Both the position numbers and the translations under genes were made by a program. 64,000 nt of DNA from Candidatus Thalassarchaeaceae archaeon (GTDB taxonomy: Archaea; Thermoplasmatota; Poseidoniia; Poseidoniales; Thalassarchaeaceae). Shown in pieces: positions 1 to 11,206 of the stretch. The notes under the pieces were generated by a model, which worked only from the letters and a program-made list of their open reading frames with translations, did no database searches and was not told the origin of the DNA. Every line of letters starts with the position of its first letter. The first letter of the stretch is position 1. The stretch spans positions 1,120 to 65,119 of the forward strand of contig JAPYUP010000005.1 of the NCBI GenBank assembly GCA_029940695.1, in the 5' to 3' direction.

Positions 1-346
1 GTCCCTCCTTGACCAGTATCTCGAGGATTGTTCCCGGCATCGGCGCCGTTAGGCTGCCCTCATTGGCCGAGGGACCCGGGCTCCCCCTCTCGTGGTGGTG
101 GACTACGTGGGTGTGACCGTCCATATGGATCCACCAGGCATCCCCTGACTTGGCCACGTGGACGAGCCTCGGCCTGCCGTCCACCTCTACCCTAAGCCTG
201 CCCTGCTTCTCGTCCCGAACGACCACTACGTTGGGTGAATCCACATCGACCCCATCTTGTGAGAGCGTCGAAACCCTGACCCTGCCGTTCTCCTCACTAA
301 GGGCAGCGCTGTACCTGCTCGAGTCACCTCCGACGCTCCACTCCAT
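1..346 (-). CDS. Biotin carboxyl carrier subunit (BT-like domain + biotinyl domain) of methylcrotonyl-CoA carboxylase; runs off the window start
   Basis: Not in the ORF track. Manual translation from ATG 346 gives MEWSVGG...WWIHMDGHTH...GSLTAPMPGTILEILVKEG, the start of a biotinyl domain. GGTGA SD at 351-355; directly downstream of the biotin carboxylase. Confidence 0.85.
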   Translation of the reverse strand, partial: MEWSVGGDSSRYSAALSEENGRVRVSTLSQDGVDVDSPNVVVVRDEKQGRLRVEVDGRPRLVHVAKSGDAWWIHMDGHTHVVHHHERGSPGPSANEGSLTAPMPGTILEILVKEG

Positions 347-355
347 ACTATCACC

Positions 356-1915
356 TTAGGGGAAGGGCCTCCGCAGGGTCCTGAACGGGTCCCCCGGATG
401 GCCGGTGTGCTCGTCGACGGTACCAGCCGCGGGGTGGTCTGCTTGGGTACGGTCGAGGCCGAGCCTCTGTGCGGCTGCCGCAATCGCCACGAGGGTTCCT
501 TTGTCGGCATCCGGTCCCGAGAGCTCCTCAGGGGGCGTATTGGCAAGGAAGTCGGTGTCTGCGTCGCCGCTCTGGAAGGCATGGTGCGCAGCAAGGCTGC
601 GCAGGAAGCCAATGTTAGTCTGCACGCCTAGGGCCACGAAATCGGCCAAGGCGGTGTCGAGCCTTCGGATAGCGGCGTGACGGTCTGGGGCGTGGACGAT
701 GAGCTTGGCGAGCATCGGGTCAAAGTCGATGGTGACCTCGTCGCCCTGCCGGACCCCAGAGTCGACTCTGATTCCCGGCCCCATGGGGGCCTGCCACATC
801 ACGAGCCGTCCGGTCGATGGCAGGAACAATCCCCCTTGGGGGTCCTCGGCATAGATTCGCGCCTCGATGGCGTGGCCGCTCTGCTTGACCCCGGGCTGAT
901 CTATGCCCAACGGCAGGCCTGCGGCAACCTCGAACTGCTTCTGGACCAGATCAATGCCGGTGGTCATCTCTGTGACCGGGTGCTCGACCTGTAGGCGGGT
1001 GTTCATCTCCAAGAAGTGGAACTGCCCGTTGCCCGACAGTAGGAACTCCACTGTCCCAGCGCCGATGTAGCCGACAGACCTAGCTGCGGTGACGGCAGCC
1101 TCCCCCATGGCCCTGCGGATTTCTGGAGAGATGGCAGGCGAGGGAGCCTCCTCGATGACCTTCTGGAATCGTCGCTGTATGGAGCAGTCACGCTCGTTGA
1201 GGTGTATGGCACCACCGTGCCGGTCGCACAGCACCTGGATCTCGACGTGTCTCGCTCCAGTGAGTAGCCTCTCGATGTAGATGGTGCCGTCGCCGAAGGC
1301 CGCTGCGGCCTCTCTGGCGGCCGCTTCGTACTCCGCGCGCAGAGCCCTCGGCTCTCTGACCGAGCGCATGCCCTTCCCGCCGCCGCCCGCGCTCGCCTTG
1401 AGCAGCAGAGGGTATCCTACCCTCGCGGCAGCGGCAGCCAGCACCCCTAGGTGGTCGGCGTCCTCCTCCACGGCCATCTCCTCCCCCGGAATGACAGGAA
1501 TCCCGGAGTCAATCATCAGAAGCCGGGCTGACACCTTGTCGCCCATGGCCTCTATGGCATCCCCCGGAGGGCCAATCCAGACCAATCCCGCTGCCTCGAC
1601 GGCGCGTGCGAAGTCCGCCCGCTCGGAGAGGAAGCCGTAACCGGGGTGTATCGCTTCGGCCCCGCATCCCTTAGCAGCCTCGATGATGGCATCCCCGTTG
1701 AGATAGGTCTGGTCGAGCGTGTCCCCTAGCAGGTGGACGGCCTGGTCTGCGACCTCGACGTGGAGCGAGTTGGCGTCGGCATCGGAGAATACGGCTATGC
1801 CGCCCAGACCCGCCTCGCGGGCTGCCTGAAGCAGCCGAACGGCGATCTCACCGCGGTTTGCCACGAGGACCGTTGCGAACGGCCGTGGTGACTCCTCCAT
1901 CCAATTTGGAAGCAT
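356..1915 (-). CDS. Biotin carboxylase subunit (methylcrotonyl-CoA carboxylase alpha, BC part)
   Basis: VLVANRGEIAVR, HPGYGFLSE, GGGGKGMR, ERDCSIQRR, EMNTRLQVEHPVTE motifs; no biotinyl domain in this ORF. Start may be 1900. Confidence 0.93.
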   Translation of the reverse strand: MLPNWMEESPRPFATVLVANRGEIAVRLLQAAREAGLGGIAVFSDADANSLHVEVADQAVHLLGDTLDQTYLNGDAIIEAAKGCGAEAIHPGYGFLSERADFARAVEAAGLVWIGPPGDAIEAMGDKVSARLLMIDSGIPVIPGEEMAVEEDADHLGVLAAAAARVGYPLLLKASAGGGGKGMRSVREPRALRAEYEAAAREAAAAFGDGTIYIERLLTGARHVEIQVLCDRHGGAIHLNERDCSIQRRFQKVIEEAPSPAISPEIRRAMGEAAVTAARSVGYIGAGTVEFLLSGNGQFHFLEMNTRLQVEHPVTEMTTGIDLVQKQFEVAAGLPLGIDQPGVKQSGHAIEARIYAEDPQGGLFLPSTGRLVMWQAPMGPGIRVDSGVRQGDEVTIDFDPMLAKLIVHAPDRHAAIRRLDTALADFVALGVQTNIGFLRSLAAHHAFQSGDADTDFLANTPPEELSGPDADKGTLVAIAAAAQRLGLDRTQADHPAAGTVDEHTGHPGDPFRTLRRPFP

Positions 1916-1917
1916 GC

Positions 1918-2787
1918 TCAGCCGTCCTGATTCTCTGAAGACCAGGCAGGCTTCCTACCATCGAGAAACGCCGCAAGTCCCTCTTGGCCCTCAGCCGAGG
2001 CGCGCATCTCGCTGGTCTTGTCGAGCGCCCACTCACGCAGCTCCTCGTCCGTGCCCATCCAGCGATCGAAGGAATCTATCAGACTCTTGGCCTCCACAAC
2101 GGCCACCGGACCCGTGGTGAGCACTGTCGCGATGGCCTCGTCGACGAGTCGTGACGCCTCCTCGGCGTTCGCGGCAATCTGGTCAACCATGCCGATCATC
2201 AGTGCCTCATCTGGCTCGAAGGTGCCTGCAAGCGTAGCGAGCCGTCGAAACTGCGCGCTGCCGACTCTTCTGTAGACATAGGGTCCGATTACCGCTGGCA
2301 GTATCCCCAGCTTGGCCTCAGACAGGGCGATTCGGGTGCCTGATGCCGCGATGGCATGATCGCAGCAGGCGACCAGCCCGGCGCCCCCTCCCAGGGCGAC
2401 TCCGTGCACCGAAGCGATGGTGAAGCAAGGATGGGACCACAGCCCGTTGAACAGCTTGTCGAGCCGCTCGGCGTCAGCCCGATTCTCCTTCGTCCCCTTG
2501 GTGCCGCCCTCCCGCATCATGTTGATGTCGGCGCCGGCGCAGAAGTGCCTGCCATCGGATCCAATGACTAGGGCACGCAGGTGATTCGCGCCCTCCGAAT
2601 CCAGCAGCTCCCCGGTGGAGCCCACAGAGCGTTCGGCCGTCCATGCGAGCACGTCGGCAATCTCGGAGATGAGTTGCGCGTTGAGCGCGTTGTGGACCTC
2701 GCTTCGGGTTAGGGTGAGGCGGGCGACGGGTCCGTCGATGTCAAGCCTGCATAGTTTGGTGACCGGTCTGTCATCGCTCATGCCCAT
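1918..2787 (-). CDS. Enoyl-CoA hydratase, probable methylglutaconyl-CoA hydratase (LiuC-like)
   Basis: Crotonase motifs FCAGADI, ALGGGAGL, SEAKLGILPA, EGQEGLAAFL; lies between MCC subunits. Start trimmed to MGMSDD. Confidence 0.88.
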   Translation of the reverse strand: MGMSDDRPVTKLCRLDIDGPVARLTLTRSEVHNALNAQLISEIADVLAWTAERSVGSTGELLDSEGANHLRALVIGSDGRHFCAGADINMMREGGTKGTKENRADAERLDKLFNGLWSHPCFTIASVHGVALGGGAGLVACCDHAIAASGTRIALSEAKLGILPAVIGPYVYRRVGSAQFRRLATLAGTFEPDEALMIGMVDQIAANAEEASRLVDEAIATVLTTGPVAVVEAKSLIDSFDRWMGTDEELREWALDKTSEMRASAEGQEGLAAFLDGRKPAWSSENQDG

Positions 2788-2791
2788 GTCA

Positions 2792-4351
2792 TCACATCCT
2801 GAAGACACCGTAGCCAGTGTCCGGCATGGAGGCGTTGAGACTGGCCGAGATACATAGTCCAAGCACGTCTCTGGTGTCCCTAGGGTCGATTACGCCGTCG
2901 TCCCACAAACGGGCCGTGGAGTAGTAGGGATTGCTCTCCTCCTCGTACTTGGACCTGATCTCGTCCGGGTCGGAATTGCCTACAGACGACAGTACGCTCG
3001 CGGCCTGCTCCCCCCCCATGACGCTGATTCTGGCATTGGGCCACATGAACAGGAACCGGGGGTCGTATGCCCGTCCGCACATGCCGTAGTTGCCTGCTCC
3101 GTGGGAGCCTCCGATGATGACGGTGAACTTGGGAACCGGGACGCATGAGACCGCAGTCACCAACTTGGCGCCGTCCTTGGCGATGCCGCCTGCCTCTGCG
3201 TCCCTCCCGACCATGAATCCGGTTATGTTCTGCAAGAAGATCAAGGGGATGCCTCTCTGGCCGCACAGCTCGACGAAGTGCGCTCCCTTCAACGAGGATT
3301 CCGAAAACAGGATACCGTTGTTCGCAAGGATACCCACAGGGTAGCCGTGAATCCTCGCGAAGCCGCAGACCAAGGTGGTACCGTAGCGTTGCTTGAACTC
3401 GTGGAAGCGCGAGCCATCGACGATCCTCGATATGATTTCACGCACGTCATAGGGCTTTCTGTTGTCACCGGGAACGATGCCCATGAGGTCCTCGACCTCG
3501 TGGGCTGGCTGCTCGGGCTGAGCGACGTCGAGCCTGTGCTTGGGGGCGATGTTGAGGTTCTCGACGATGCTTCGCACTATCCTCAGTGCCTCGGCCTCGT
3601 CCTCGGCGAAGTGGTCGGCGACCCCTGATTCGGAGGTGTGGACCTCCGCCCCACCCAAGTCCTGGGCAGTCACCTCCTCCCCGGTGGCCGCTTTGACTAG
3701 CGGAGGACCCGCTAGGAAGATCGTCCCGTTTCCCTTCACGATGATCGACTCATCCGACATCGCGGGAATGTAGGCGCCACCGGCGGTGCAGGACCCTAGG
3801 ACGGCTGCGACTTGCGGAATTCCCTTGCTCGATAGGATGGCTTGGTTTCGGAAGATGCGGCCGAAGTGCAGCTTGTCAGGGAACACCTCGTCCTGCAAGG
3901 GCAGGAAGGCGCCACCAGAGTCAACGAGGTAGATGCAAGGCAGGTTGTTCTCCTCTGCGATTTCCTGCGCCCTGATGTGCTTCTTGACGGTCATGGGATA
4001 ATACGAGCCTCCCTTGATGGTCGCATCGTTGGCAACGAACATGCACTCCTTTCCATGCACCACCCCAATCCCGGTGACTATGCCAGCAGAGTGCGCCTTG
4101 CCGTCGTAGAGCCCACCGGCAGCAAGCGATGACATCTCCAGGAACGGTGCCCCTTGGTCACAGACCTCGGTAATCCTTTCCCTCGGTAGGCGCTTGCCGC
4201 GCTCCCTGTGCCTCTCGACGTGGCGCTCCTCACCTCCCCGCCTTGCCGCGTCGAGCCTCTGTCTCAGATCCTCGGACAGCGCTAGGTTGCGCTCGCGGCG
4301 AGCCTCGAACTCGTCGCTACCACGGTCGATTCTGGTGGGCAGCCTGTCCAT
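2792..4351 (-). CDS. mccB: Methylcrotonyl-CoA carboxylase beta (carboxyltransferase) subunit
   Basis: [60 protein letters not shown] and a C-terminal GVFRM typical of MCCB/LiuB. Confidence 0.92.
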   Translation of the reverse strand: MDRLPTRIDRGSDEFEARRERNLALSEDLRQRLDAARRGGEERHVERHRERGKRLPRERITEVCDQGAPFLEMSSLAAGGLYDGKAHSAGIVTGIGVVHGKECMFVANDATIKGGSYYPMTVKKHIRAQEIAEENNLPCIYLVDSGGAFLPLQDEVFPDKLHFGRIFRNQAILSSKGIPQVAAVLGSCTAGGAYIPAMSDESIIVKGNGTIFLAGPPLVKAATGEEVTAQDLGGAEVHTSESGVADHFAEDEAEALRIVRSIVENLNIAPKHRLDVAQPEQPAHEVEDLMGIVPGDNRKPYDVREIISRIVDGSRFHEFKQRYGTTLVCGFARIHGYPVGILANNGILFSESSLKGAHFVELCGQRGIPLIFLQNITGFMVGRDAEAGGIAKDGAKLVTAVSCVPVPKFTVIIGGSHGAGNYGMCGRAYDPRFLFMWPNARISVMGGEQAASVLSSVGNSDPDEIRSKYEEESNPYYSTARLWDDGVIDPRDTRDVLGLCISASLNASMPDTGYGVFRM

Positions 4352-4419
4352 GTCTCTCAGGTCCCTCAGACAGAGCGTGAGCCTTCAATTGAATGGGCTC
4401 GACATCGCAGATGTCGATT

Positions 4420-5724
<1,305 letters not shown>

Positions 5725-5745
5725 TTATGCGTGGCGGCTCTGGAG

Positions 5746-6465
5746 TCACTCATCATCGTAAGTGATGCTCTCGTCATCGGCCAGCTCTATGATTTCCGAG
5801 ACCTCGGTGTCGTCCATTGGTTCCTCCTGCGATTCAGCCAGCCTCCTCCTGCGGGCCTCGGTGAACCCGGGCACCATTATGTCGAACGAATCGGAGTCGG
5901 CGTCCCTTCGTTCCTCGAAGGTCTCCAGAGACTTGGAGCGGAGTCTCTGCCTCTTTCTGTCCTGCTCCAAGCCGAAGAGCACCGTGCTGTGCTCGGAGCC
6001 GCCGAGGATGCCTTCTATCGCAGGAGTGGAGAGTGCCAAGCCATCGTTGTCGCCCATTACGACAACGGTGGATCCGTAAATCGCAATCTCACAGTTCGAC
6101 ATCTCCTCAATTAGGCTGCGGATCCGACCGTTGGTGCCAATCAGTCTGCTTCTCATTCGGCGCGTCTGGTTCGGCTGACGCCCAACCCACTCTCGAATGT
6201 CGTAAATTCGCAGGAACATGTCATCCTCGATGAGCTGTATGGCACGCTTCGGTGCTAGGCCCCTGCCGATGGCCGTGACTACGTCAGGTATCTTCATCCT
6301 CTTGACGGGATCCGTGTCCTCGGACCACTGGATGGAGACGTCCCCAGTCTGCGAGTCCACGCTAATCTCACCCCCACATGCCTCCTCGATCATCCTGCGG
6401 GTCTGTCCGCCCTTGCCGATTAGCACGGCGATCCTATCCTTCGGCACTCGGCAGAGATGCTCCAC
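5746..6465 (-). CDS. KH-domain pre-rRNA processing protein (Dim2/Pno1)
   Basis: RIAVLIGKGG and RLIGTNGR KH motifs, AIGRG; conserved aIF1A-Rio1-Dim2 synteny; extra acidic C-tail. Confidence 0.9.
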   Translation of the reverse strand: MEHLCRVPKDRIAVLIGKGGQTRRMIEEACGGEISVDSQTGDVSIQWSEDTDPVKRMKIPDVVTAIGRGLAPKRAIQLIEDDMFLRIYDIREWVGRQPNQTRRMRSRLIGTNGRIRSLIEEMSNCEIAIYGSTVVVMGDNDGLALSTPAIEGILGGSEHSTVLFGLEQDRKRQRLRSKSLETFEERRDADSDSFDIMVPGFTEARRRRLAESQEEPMDDTEVSEIIELADDESITYDDE

Positions 6466-6491
6466 GACAGCGCTCGACCCGCCACCCTGCT

Positions 6492-7376
6492 TTAATCCCC
6501 GCTAGGAAGCGGGTCGAGCTTCGTAACCGGGTCGTCGAGGACCCTTACGAGACTCTCGGCCACCGATATCTCGTGTCCCTGCCTGCCAATCCACTCGGTC
6601 AGACGAGTCACGTCCCTGACTAGGAACTCCTTGGCGCTCGGGTGCCTTGTAGTGACGCTTTGGCCGACGTCGATTACCCAAGGCTGGCCATCATGCCAGA
6701 GGACATTATACTCACTGAAGTCAGCGTGCACGAGATCGCAGGTCTGCCAGATTATCGCCGCTATCTCCAGCAGGTCCTCGAAAACCCCCATGGGATCCTC
6801 AAGCTTGATATCCTTCAGCCTGGGGCTCGCCGCTTCCTCGGTGCCGATGAACTCCATTACGAGGATGTTTTTCAGGCTGGACTTCGGCTCCGGGACCCTG
6901 AGACCGTGCTTCCTCATCCTCTTGAGGTTCCTGGACTCCTTGCGGACCCAGATGTTAACGAGTTCCCGGTGGCGTCGAGATAGTCCCGAGAACCTGGGAT
7001 CGCCGTCGATGTACTTGGCGAGTCCCTTGAATACCGCATTGGTCGTGTGGAAGATCTTGACGGCAAGAGGGCCCTGTTTGGAGGTAGCTCGGAAGACGTG
7101 CGCCTCCTTGCCCCGTGCAATCGGGTAGTCGATGGTTTCGATGTTGCCCTGCTCCATCAACTTGTGCAGCGCCAGCAGCGTCGAACGGTCGAAGACTTGA
7201 TCGAAGACACGCCTGTCCACCCACTCGTACTTGCCCTTGCCCATGACTCCCTGGAGGGCGTCCTCTATGTCGGTAAACATCCGCTTGAACCTAGGATCGG
7301 AAATCCACTCGTGCTTCTTCTCGGCCCTGAGCAGGCTGTCGATGTCGTCCTCGTCCCAATCCTCTTCTCGAGGCAT
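6492..7376 (-). CDS. rio1: RIO1-family serine kinase/ATPase
   Basis: GKEAHVF, AVKIF, LVHADFSEYNVL, IDVGQSV motifs. Confidence 0.93.
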   Translation of the reverse strand: MPREEDWDEDDIDSLLRAEKKHEWISDPRFKRMFTDIEDALQGVMGKGKYEWVDRRVFDQVFDRSTLLALHKLMEQGNIETIDYPIARGKEAHVFRATSKQGPLAVKIFHTTNAVFKGLAKYIDGDPRFSGLSRRHRELVNIWVRKESRNLKRMRKHGLRVPEPKSSLKNILVMEFIGTEEAASPRLKDIKLEDPMGVFEDLLEIAAIIWQTCDLVHADFSEYNVLWHDGQPWVIDVGQSVTTRHPSAKEFLVRDVTRLTEWIGRQGHEISVAESLVRVLDDPVTKLDPLPSGD

Positions 7377-7415
7377 TCACTCACCCGAAGAACGAGTCGA
7401 TGTCGTCCTCGTCCC
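7338..7415. repeat. 20-bp exact direct repeat GTCGATGTCGTCCTCGTCCC (7338-7357 and 7396-7415) across the aIF1A/Rio1 junction
   Basis: Read directly; both copies encode DEDDID on the minus strand. Confidence 0.85.
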
Positions 7416-7893
7416 CATCATCCACAACCGTCTCTTCAGTCTCCTCGGTGGGCTCTTCCTCGTCCCCTTCGTGCACAACCTCAAGGTCGGGGGTCGGGGC
7501 TGCCTCGCCTAATTGTCCGACCTCGTCGTCCTTGGTCATACCGAACAGATCCACTATCTCTGGGAGGACGCCCTTTCGCGAGAGGTAGAGGGATTGAGTC
7601 TTGGTGTAGCGCATGCACACGTTCGCCTTCTCGTCCTGGAACTCCCATGGCTGGATGACAATCAGGTCGCCTTCGCGGACCCACTGCCGACGTCGCATTT
7701 TCCCTGGAATCCTTGCCAGACGGCTCTCACCATCTTCGCAGACCGACCTCACCCGGCGCCCGCCCAAAATCTGGTCGGCAATCGCGAACATCTCGTTGAC
7801 CTTGCGCTTTGGGAGGGGCACGCGAATGCGGTCGCCTCCTGACTCGAGCTGCGCGAGCAGTTCTGTGTCAACGGTTTCCTCTCTACGAGCCAT
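7381..7893 (-). CDS. eif1a: Translation initiation factor aIF-1A with long acidic C-terminal tail
   Basis: RIPGKMRRRQWVREGDLIVIQPWEFQDEKA...RY is the aIF1A OB-fold signature. Confidence 0.93.
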   Translation of the reverse strand: MARREETVDTELLAQLESGGDRIRVPLPKRKVNEMFAIADQILGGRRVRSVCEDGESRLARIPGKMRRRQWVREGDLIVIQPWEFQDEKANVCMRYTKTQSLYLSRKGVLPEIVDLFGMTKDDEVGQLGEAAPTPDLEVVHEGDEEEPTEETEETVVDDGDEDDIDSFFG

Positions 7894-7937
7894 AGGGGGT
7901 GGGTTGAGCGGCCCCTATGTGAAGTTGAGCCTGTCAA

Positions 7938-9632
7938 TCAAAGGCCTAGGAAGGCATCTGCGGCGCCGCTGACTATGTCAAGGGCTGCCTCGCTGAGCAG
8001 GCCTATCCCGAATAGGATCGTCAGGATGGCACAGATTGCGATGGCTGCCCTAAGGGGAATGGCACCAACGATGGGAGTGGCGTCCTCGGGCGCCTCGTAG
8101 AACATGACCAGCCCTATCCTAAGGTAGTAGAACAGCGAGAGAGCGCTGTTGGCCACGATGGCTGCTGCTAGCCAAAAGACGGGGTCGACGCTCACGGCCC
8201 AAGGTAGCACAGCACTGCTAGTGAGGCTCCCCGTCCCCGCGGTTATATTTACGATACCGTTGATCATCAGCAGTTTCGAGAGGAAGCCCGAGAACGGTGG
8301 AACCCCGGCCAGCGAGAGCATGAACACGAACATCGAGGCCGCGATTATCGGGTCGCGACGAGCCAATCCATGGAGGCCCTCGAGGCGATGGCTGCCACCC
8401 CCGGTCTCAATCATCGAAAGTACGAGGAACGCGCCGAGCTTGAACAGGACGAGTATGGTAAGGTGGAACAGCACGGCGGTGACTACGAGCGCGTTGGCGG
8501 CGGCGTCGCCCAGACCAGTTCCGATGGCTGCGAGCGCGGCGAGCATGTAACCTGCATGGGCTACGCTCGAGTATGCGAGAATCCGCTTCGGGTTGTCGCT
8601 GGAAAGCGCTGCTAGATTGCCCCACGTCATGGTAATCACGGCGATAGCGGCAATAATCGCCATCCAGAATCCCTCTCCGGTCGAGGGCATCGTGACGATG
8701 ATGAGTACTCTCATCAGAGCTACGAATCCCATGGCCTTCGAGGCCGTTGCCAGCAATCCTGCGACTGGGGAAGAGGCGCCGGAGTAGGCATCTGGGATGG
8801 CGAGGTGGAAGGGAGCGGCGCCAACCTTGAATCCGAATGCCACGAGCATGAGGCCGACACCGATTACGGCTAACGGGTCGAGAGTTTCCATTGCACCCCA
8901 GGAGGAGGACAGTCCCGAAATGCTCAGGTCGCCGTTCCAAAGGTATAGCAGGGACATGCCGTAGATGCCAGCGGCCGAAGCCACCGAACCGACGATGAAG
9001 TACTTCGTTCCGGCCTCACCGCCCACGTCGGACTCCTTGTGGAAGCCGACGAGGACGTAGGACGAAAGCGAGGCTAGCTCCAAGCACACGAAGAGCATAA
9101 ACAGATGAGTGGACTTGGCCATCAGGGACATGCCAAGCCCGGCCATCAGCAGAAGGATGTGGAAGTCGGCCTGCCTTCTGTTGTTATACAGAGAGATGAT
9201 TTTGGCCGCTTCCGCCTCGGCGCTGTCTCGCCTCTTCGGGGTTGCTGCACTCGGGTCGGCGGGCAGCCTGTGGGTGGTCGCAATAGCGACGAGCAGGAGA
9301 GCGGAAGTGAAGATCACAGTGAGGAGACTGCTGAAGCGATCGATGTGCAGAACATTGCCGAAATCCCCGGACGTCTCGCCAAAGAGCATGGAGGCGGACA
9401 GCGCCACTGAGGAAGCCAGAAAAACCAGTGCTAGCGCATTCGGCAGCCGTGGGTCCCTAGTTAGGGTGAACCGGGTCCCGCCGAGGAGAATGGGGATGCG
9501 AACGCTCGTGAGAGGTATCCTCATCCTGGCATCGCCCAGATTGGGAATCAGTAATATCGCCAGCAAACCTGCAAGCATCACTAGCTCGGGAAGTATGAGG
9601 TCATAGGCCAATCCGTCCAACTCCGAGCTCAT
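7938..9632 (-). CDS. nuoN: Complex I-like subunit N
   Basis: ELASLSSYVL, EAGTKYF, GFKVGAAPFH..PDAY, KRILAYSSVAHAGY, SLAGVPP, YYLRI. Confidence 0.93.
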   Translation of the reverse strand: MSSELDGLAYDLILPELVMLAGLLAILLIPNLGDARMRIPLTSVRIPILLGGTRFTLTRDPRLPNALALVFLASSVALSASMLFGETSGDFGNVLHIDRFSSLLTVIFTSALLLVAIATTHRLPADPSAATPKRRDSAEAEAAKIISLYNNRRQADFHILLLMAGLGMSLMAKSTHLFMLFVCLELASLSSYVLVGFHKESDVGGEAGTKYFIVGSVASAAGIYGMSLLYLWNGDLSISGLSSSWGAMETLDPLAVIGVGLMLVAFGFKVGAAPFHLAIPDAYSGASSPVAGLLATASKAMGFVALMRVLIIVTMPSTGEGFWMAIIAAIAVITMTWGNLAALSSDNPKRILAYSSVAHAGYMLAALAAIGTGLGDAAANALVVTAVLFHLTILVLFKLGAFLVLSMIETGGGSHRLEGLHGLARRDPIIAASMFVFMLSLAGVPPFSGFLSKLLMINGIVNITAGTGSLTSSAVLPWAVSVDPVFWLAAAIVANSALSLFYYLRIGLVMFYEAPEDATPIVGAIPLRAAIAICAILTILFGIGLLSEAALDIVSGAADAFLGL

Positions 9633-11206
9633 GGCCTCACCCCCTTGGAAATCATGGCATCTTTGAGTACGCCGAGCACCATCTCACTGCTCCAGTCAGA
9701 CATCATGTCCCAGAAAATGAACGGCAGGATTCCAAACAGGACGGTGAAGGCTGCCAACACGAACATGCCGGCGTTCTCGTGCCAGGTGATATCGCGTGGG
9801 CTCTCATCGTGGAGGGTCTCGGGGAGGATTCCTTGATGGGGGTCGTTGGACTCAAAAATAGTCCTCTGCATCGAAGTGATGTAATACGCAGCAGTGATAA
9901 TGAGCGTCAGCGCGGGCAGCAGGACCAGCCATCCGAAAGTCATCCAGAAGGCGATTAGTATAGCCACCTCGGCGACGAAACCAGCGAGCAGGGGTAGCCC
10001 GAGGCTCGCCATCCACCCAATCATCATGTGGCCTGACAACCATGGGCTATGGTGTGCGATTCCGCGCATCGATCCGATCTCCAGTGTGTGATAATGGTGC
10101 TTGAAGGCGCCGGCCACCGCGAACAGCAGCGGGCTGATGATGCCATGTGCGAACATCATGTACAACGCACCAGCGATTCCCAGAGGCTGCATCGTCGCGA
10201 TACCGAGGAAAATCAGGCCCATGTGTGAGACCGACGAGTATGCCACCATTCGCTTGAGGTTGGTCTGGCCCAAGCAGACCCACGCCCCGTAGACCAGGCT
10301 CACCATTCCAAGCAGAATCAGCAGCGGCGTGAAGACGATAGTGGAACCGGGGAATGCCGTCACTGCAACCCTCAGGAAGCCGTACGCGCCCATCTTCAGC
10401 ATAACACCGGCCAGAATCATCGAGCCTGCAGTAGGTGCCTCGACGTGTGCATCCGGAAGCCAAGTGTGGACTGGGACGCTAGGCATCTTGGTCGCGAATC
10501 CAATCAGCAGAAGTAGCCAGACGAAGTGTCTGAGTCCCTCGCTCGGAATCAGATTGTCATTTGCGAGCATCGTCACGAGGTCGAATGTGTGACCGGTTGC
10601 CGTGTCGGCGCTGGTGTGGAAGTACATCACGAGGAACCCGAACAGCATGACGACGCTCGCCGTGAAAGTGTAGATGAAGAATTTCATCGCAGCATAGCGG
10701 CGATCCTCTCCGCCCCACATCAGTATCAGGAAGAACATGGGGATCAGCGTTAGTTCCCAGAACACATAGAAGACAAAGAGATCAAGAGCCACGAAGACGC
10801 CTAGCAGCGCACCCTCCATGACTAGCAAGAGAGGGTGGAAGACGTGCCCGTGCTTGGCATCCCACTCGACCAGCATTGACACAGGGATGAGCATGGCCGT
10901 TAGCCAAATCATCGGGAATGAGAGGGCATCGGCACCGACGTGCCAGGACACCCCGATGTAGGGAATGAGGTCCATGGGAGTGTTCTCGAGATGGTAGTCT
11001 CCCAACTGTATGTCCATCCAGTTGATGTCGCTGAGCGAGGCCATGGCCGCCCATGTCGATATGGCGAACAGGGCGAGGGCAACACCGAGGCTCACGTTCC
11101 GGCTGACCCTTTTGATGCTCTCAGCTGCTTGCCCGGGAAGGACTAGGGGCAGCAGGAGCAGAGTCAGTCCCACCGCAATCGGACTCAGTACTAGGATGGT
11201 CAGCAT
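9629..11206 (-). CDS. nuoM: Complex I-like subunit M
   Basis: FYVFWELTLIPMF, AAMKFFIYT, HTWLPDAHVEAPT, LKMGAYG, AYSSVSHMG. Start trimmed to the ATG overlapping the nuoL stop. Confidence 0.94.
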   Translation of the reverse strand: MLTILVLSPIAVGLTLLLLPLVLPGQAAESIKRVSRNVSLGVALALFAISTWAAMASLSDINWMDIQLGDYHLENTPMDLIPYIGVSWHVGADALSFPMIWLTAMLIPVSMLVEWDAKHGHVFHPLLLVMEGALLGVFVALDLFVFYVFWELTLIPMFFLILMWGGEDRRYAAMKFFIYTFTASVVMLFGFLVMYFHTSADTATGHTFDLVTMLANDNLIPSEGLRHFVWLLLLIGFATKMPSVPVHTWLPDAHVEAPTAGSMILAGVMLKMGAYGFLRVAVTAFPGSTIVFTPLLILLGMVSLVYGAWVCLGQTNLKRMVAYSSVSHMGLIFLGIATMQPLGIAGALYMMFAHGIISPLLFAVAGAFKHHYHTLEIGSMRGIAHHSPWLSGHMMIGWMASLGLPLLAGFVAEVAILIAFWMTFGWLVLLPALTLIITAAYYITSMQRTIFESNDPHQGILPETLHDESPRDITWHENAGMFVLAAFTVLFGILPFIFWDMMSDWSSEMVLGVLKDAMISKGVRP

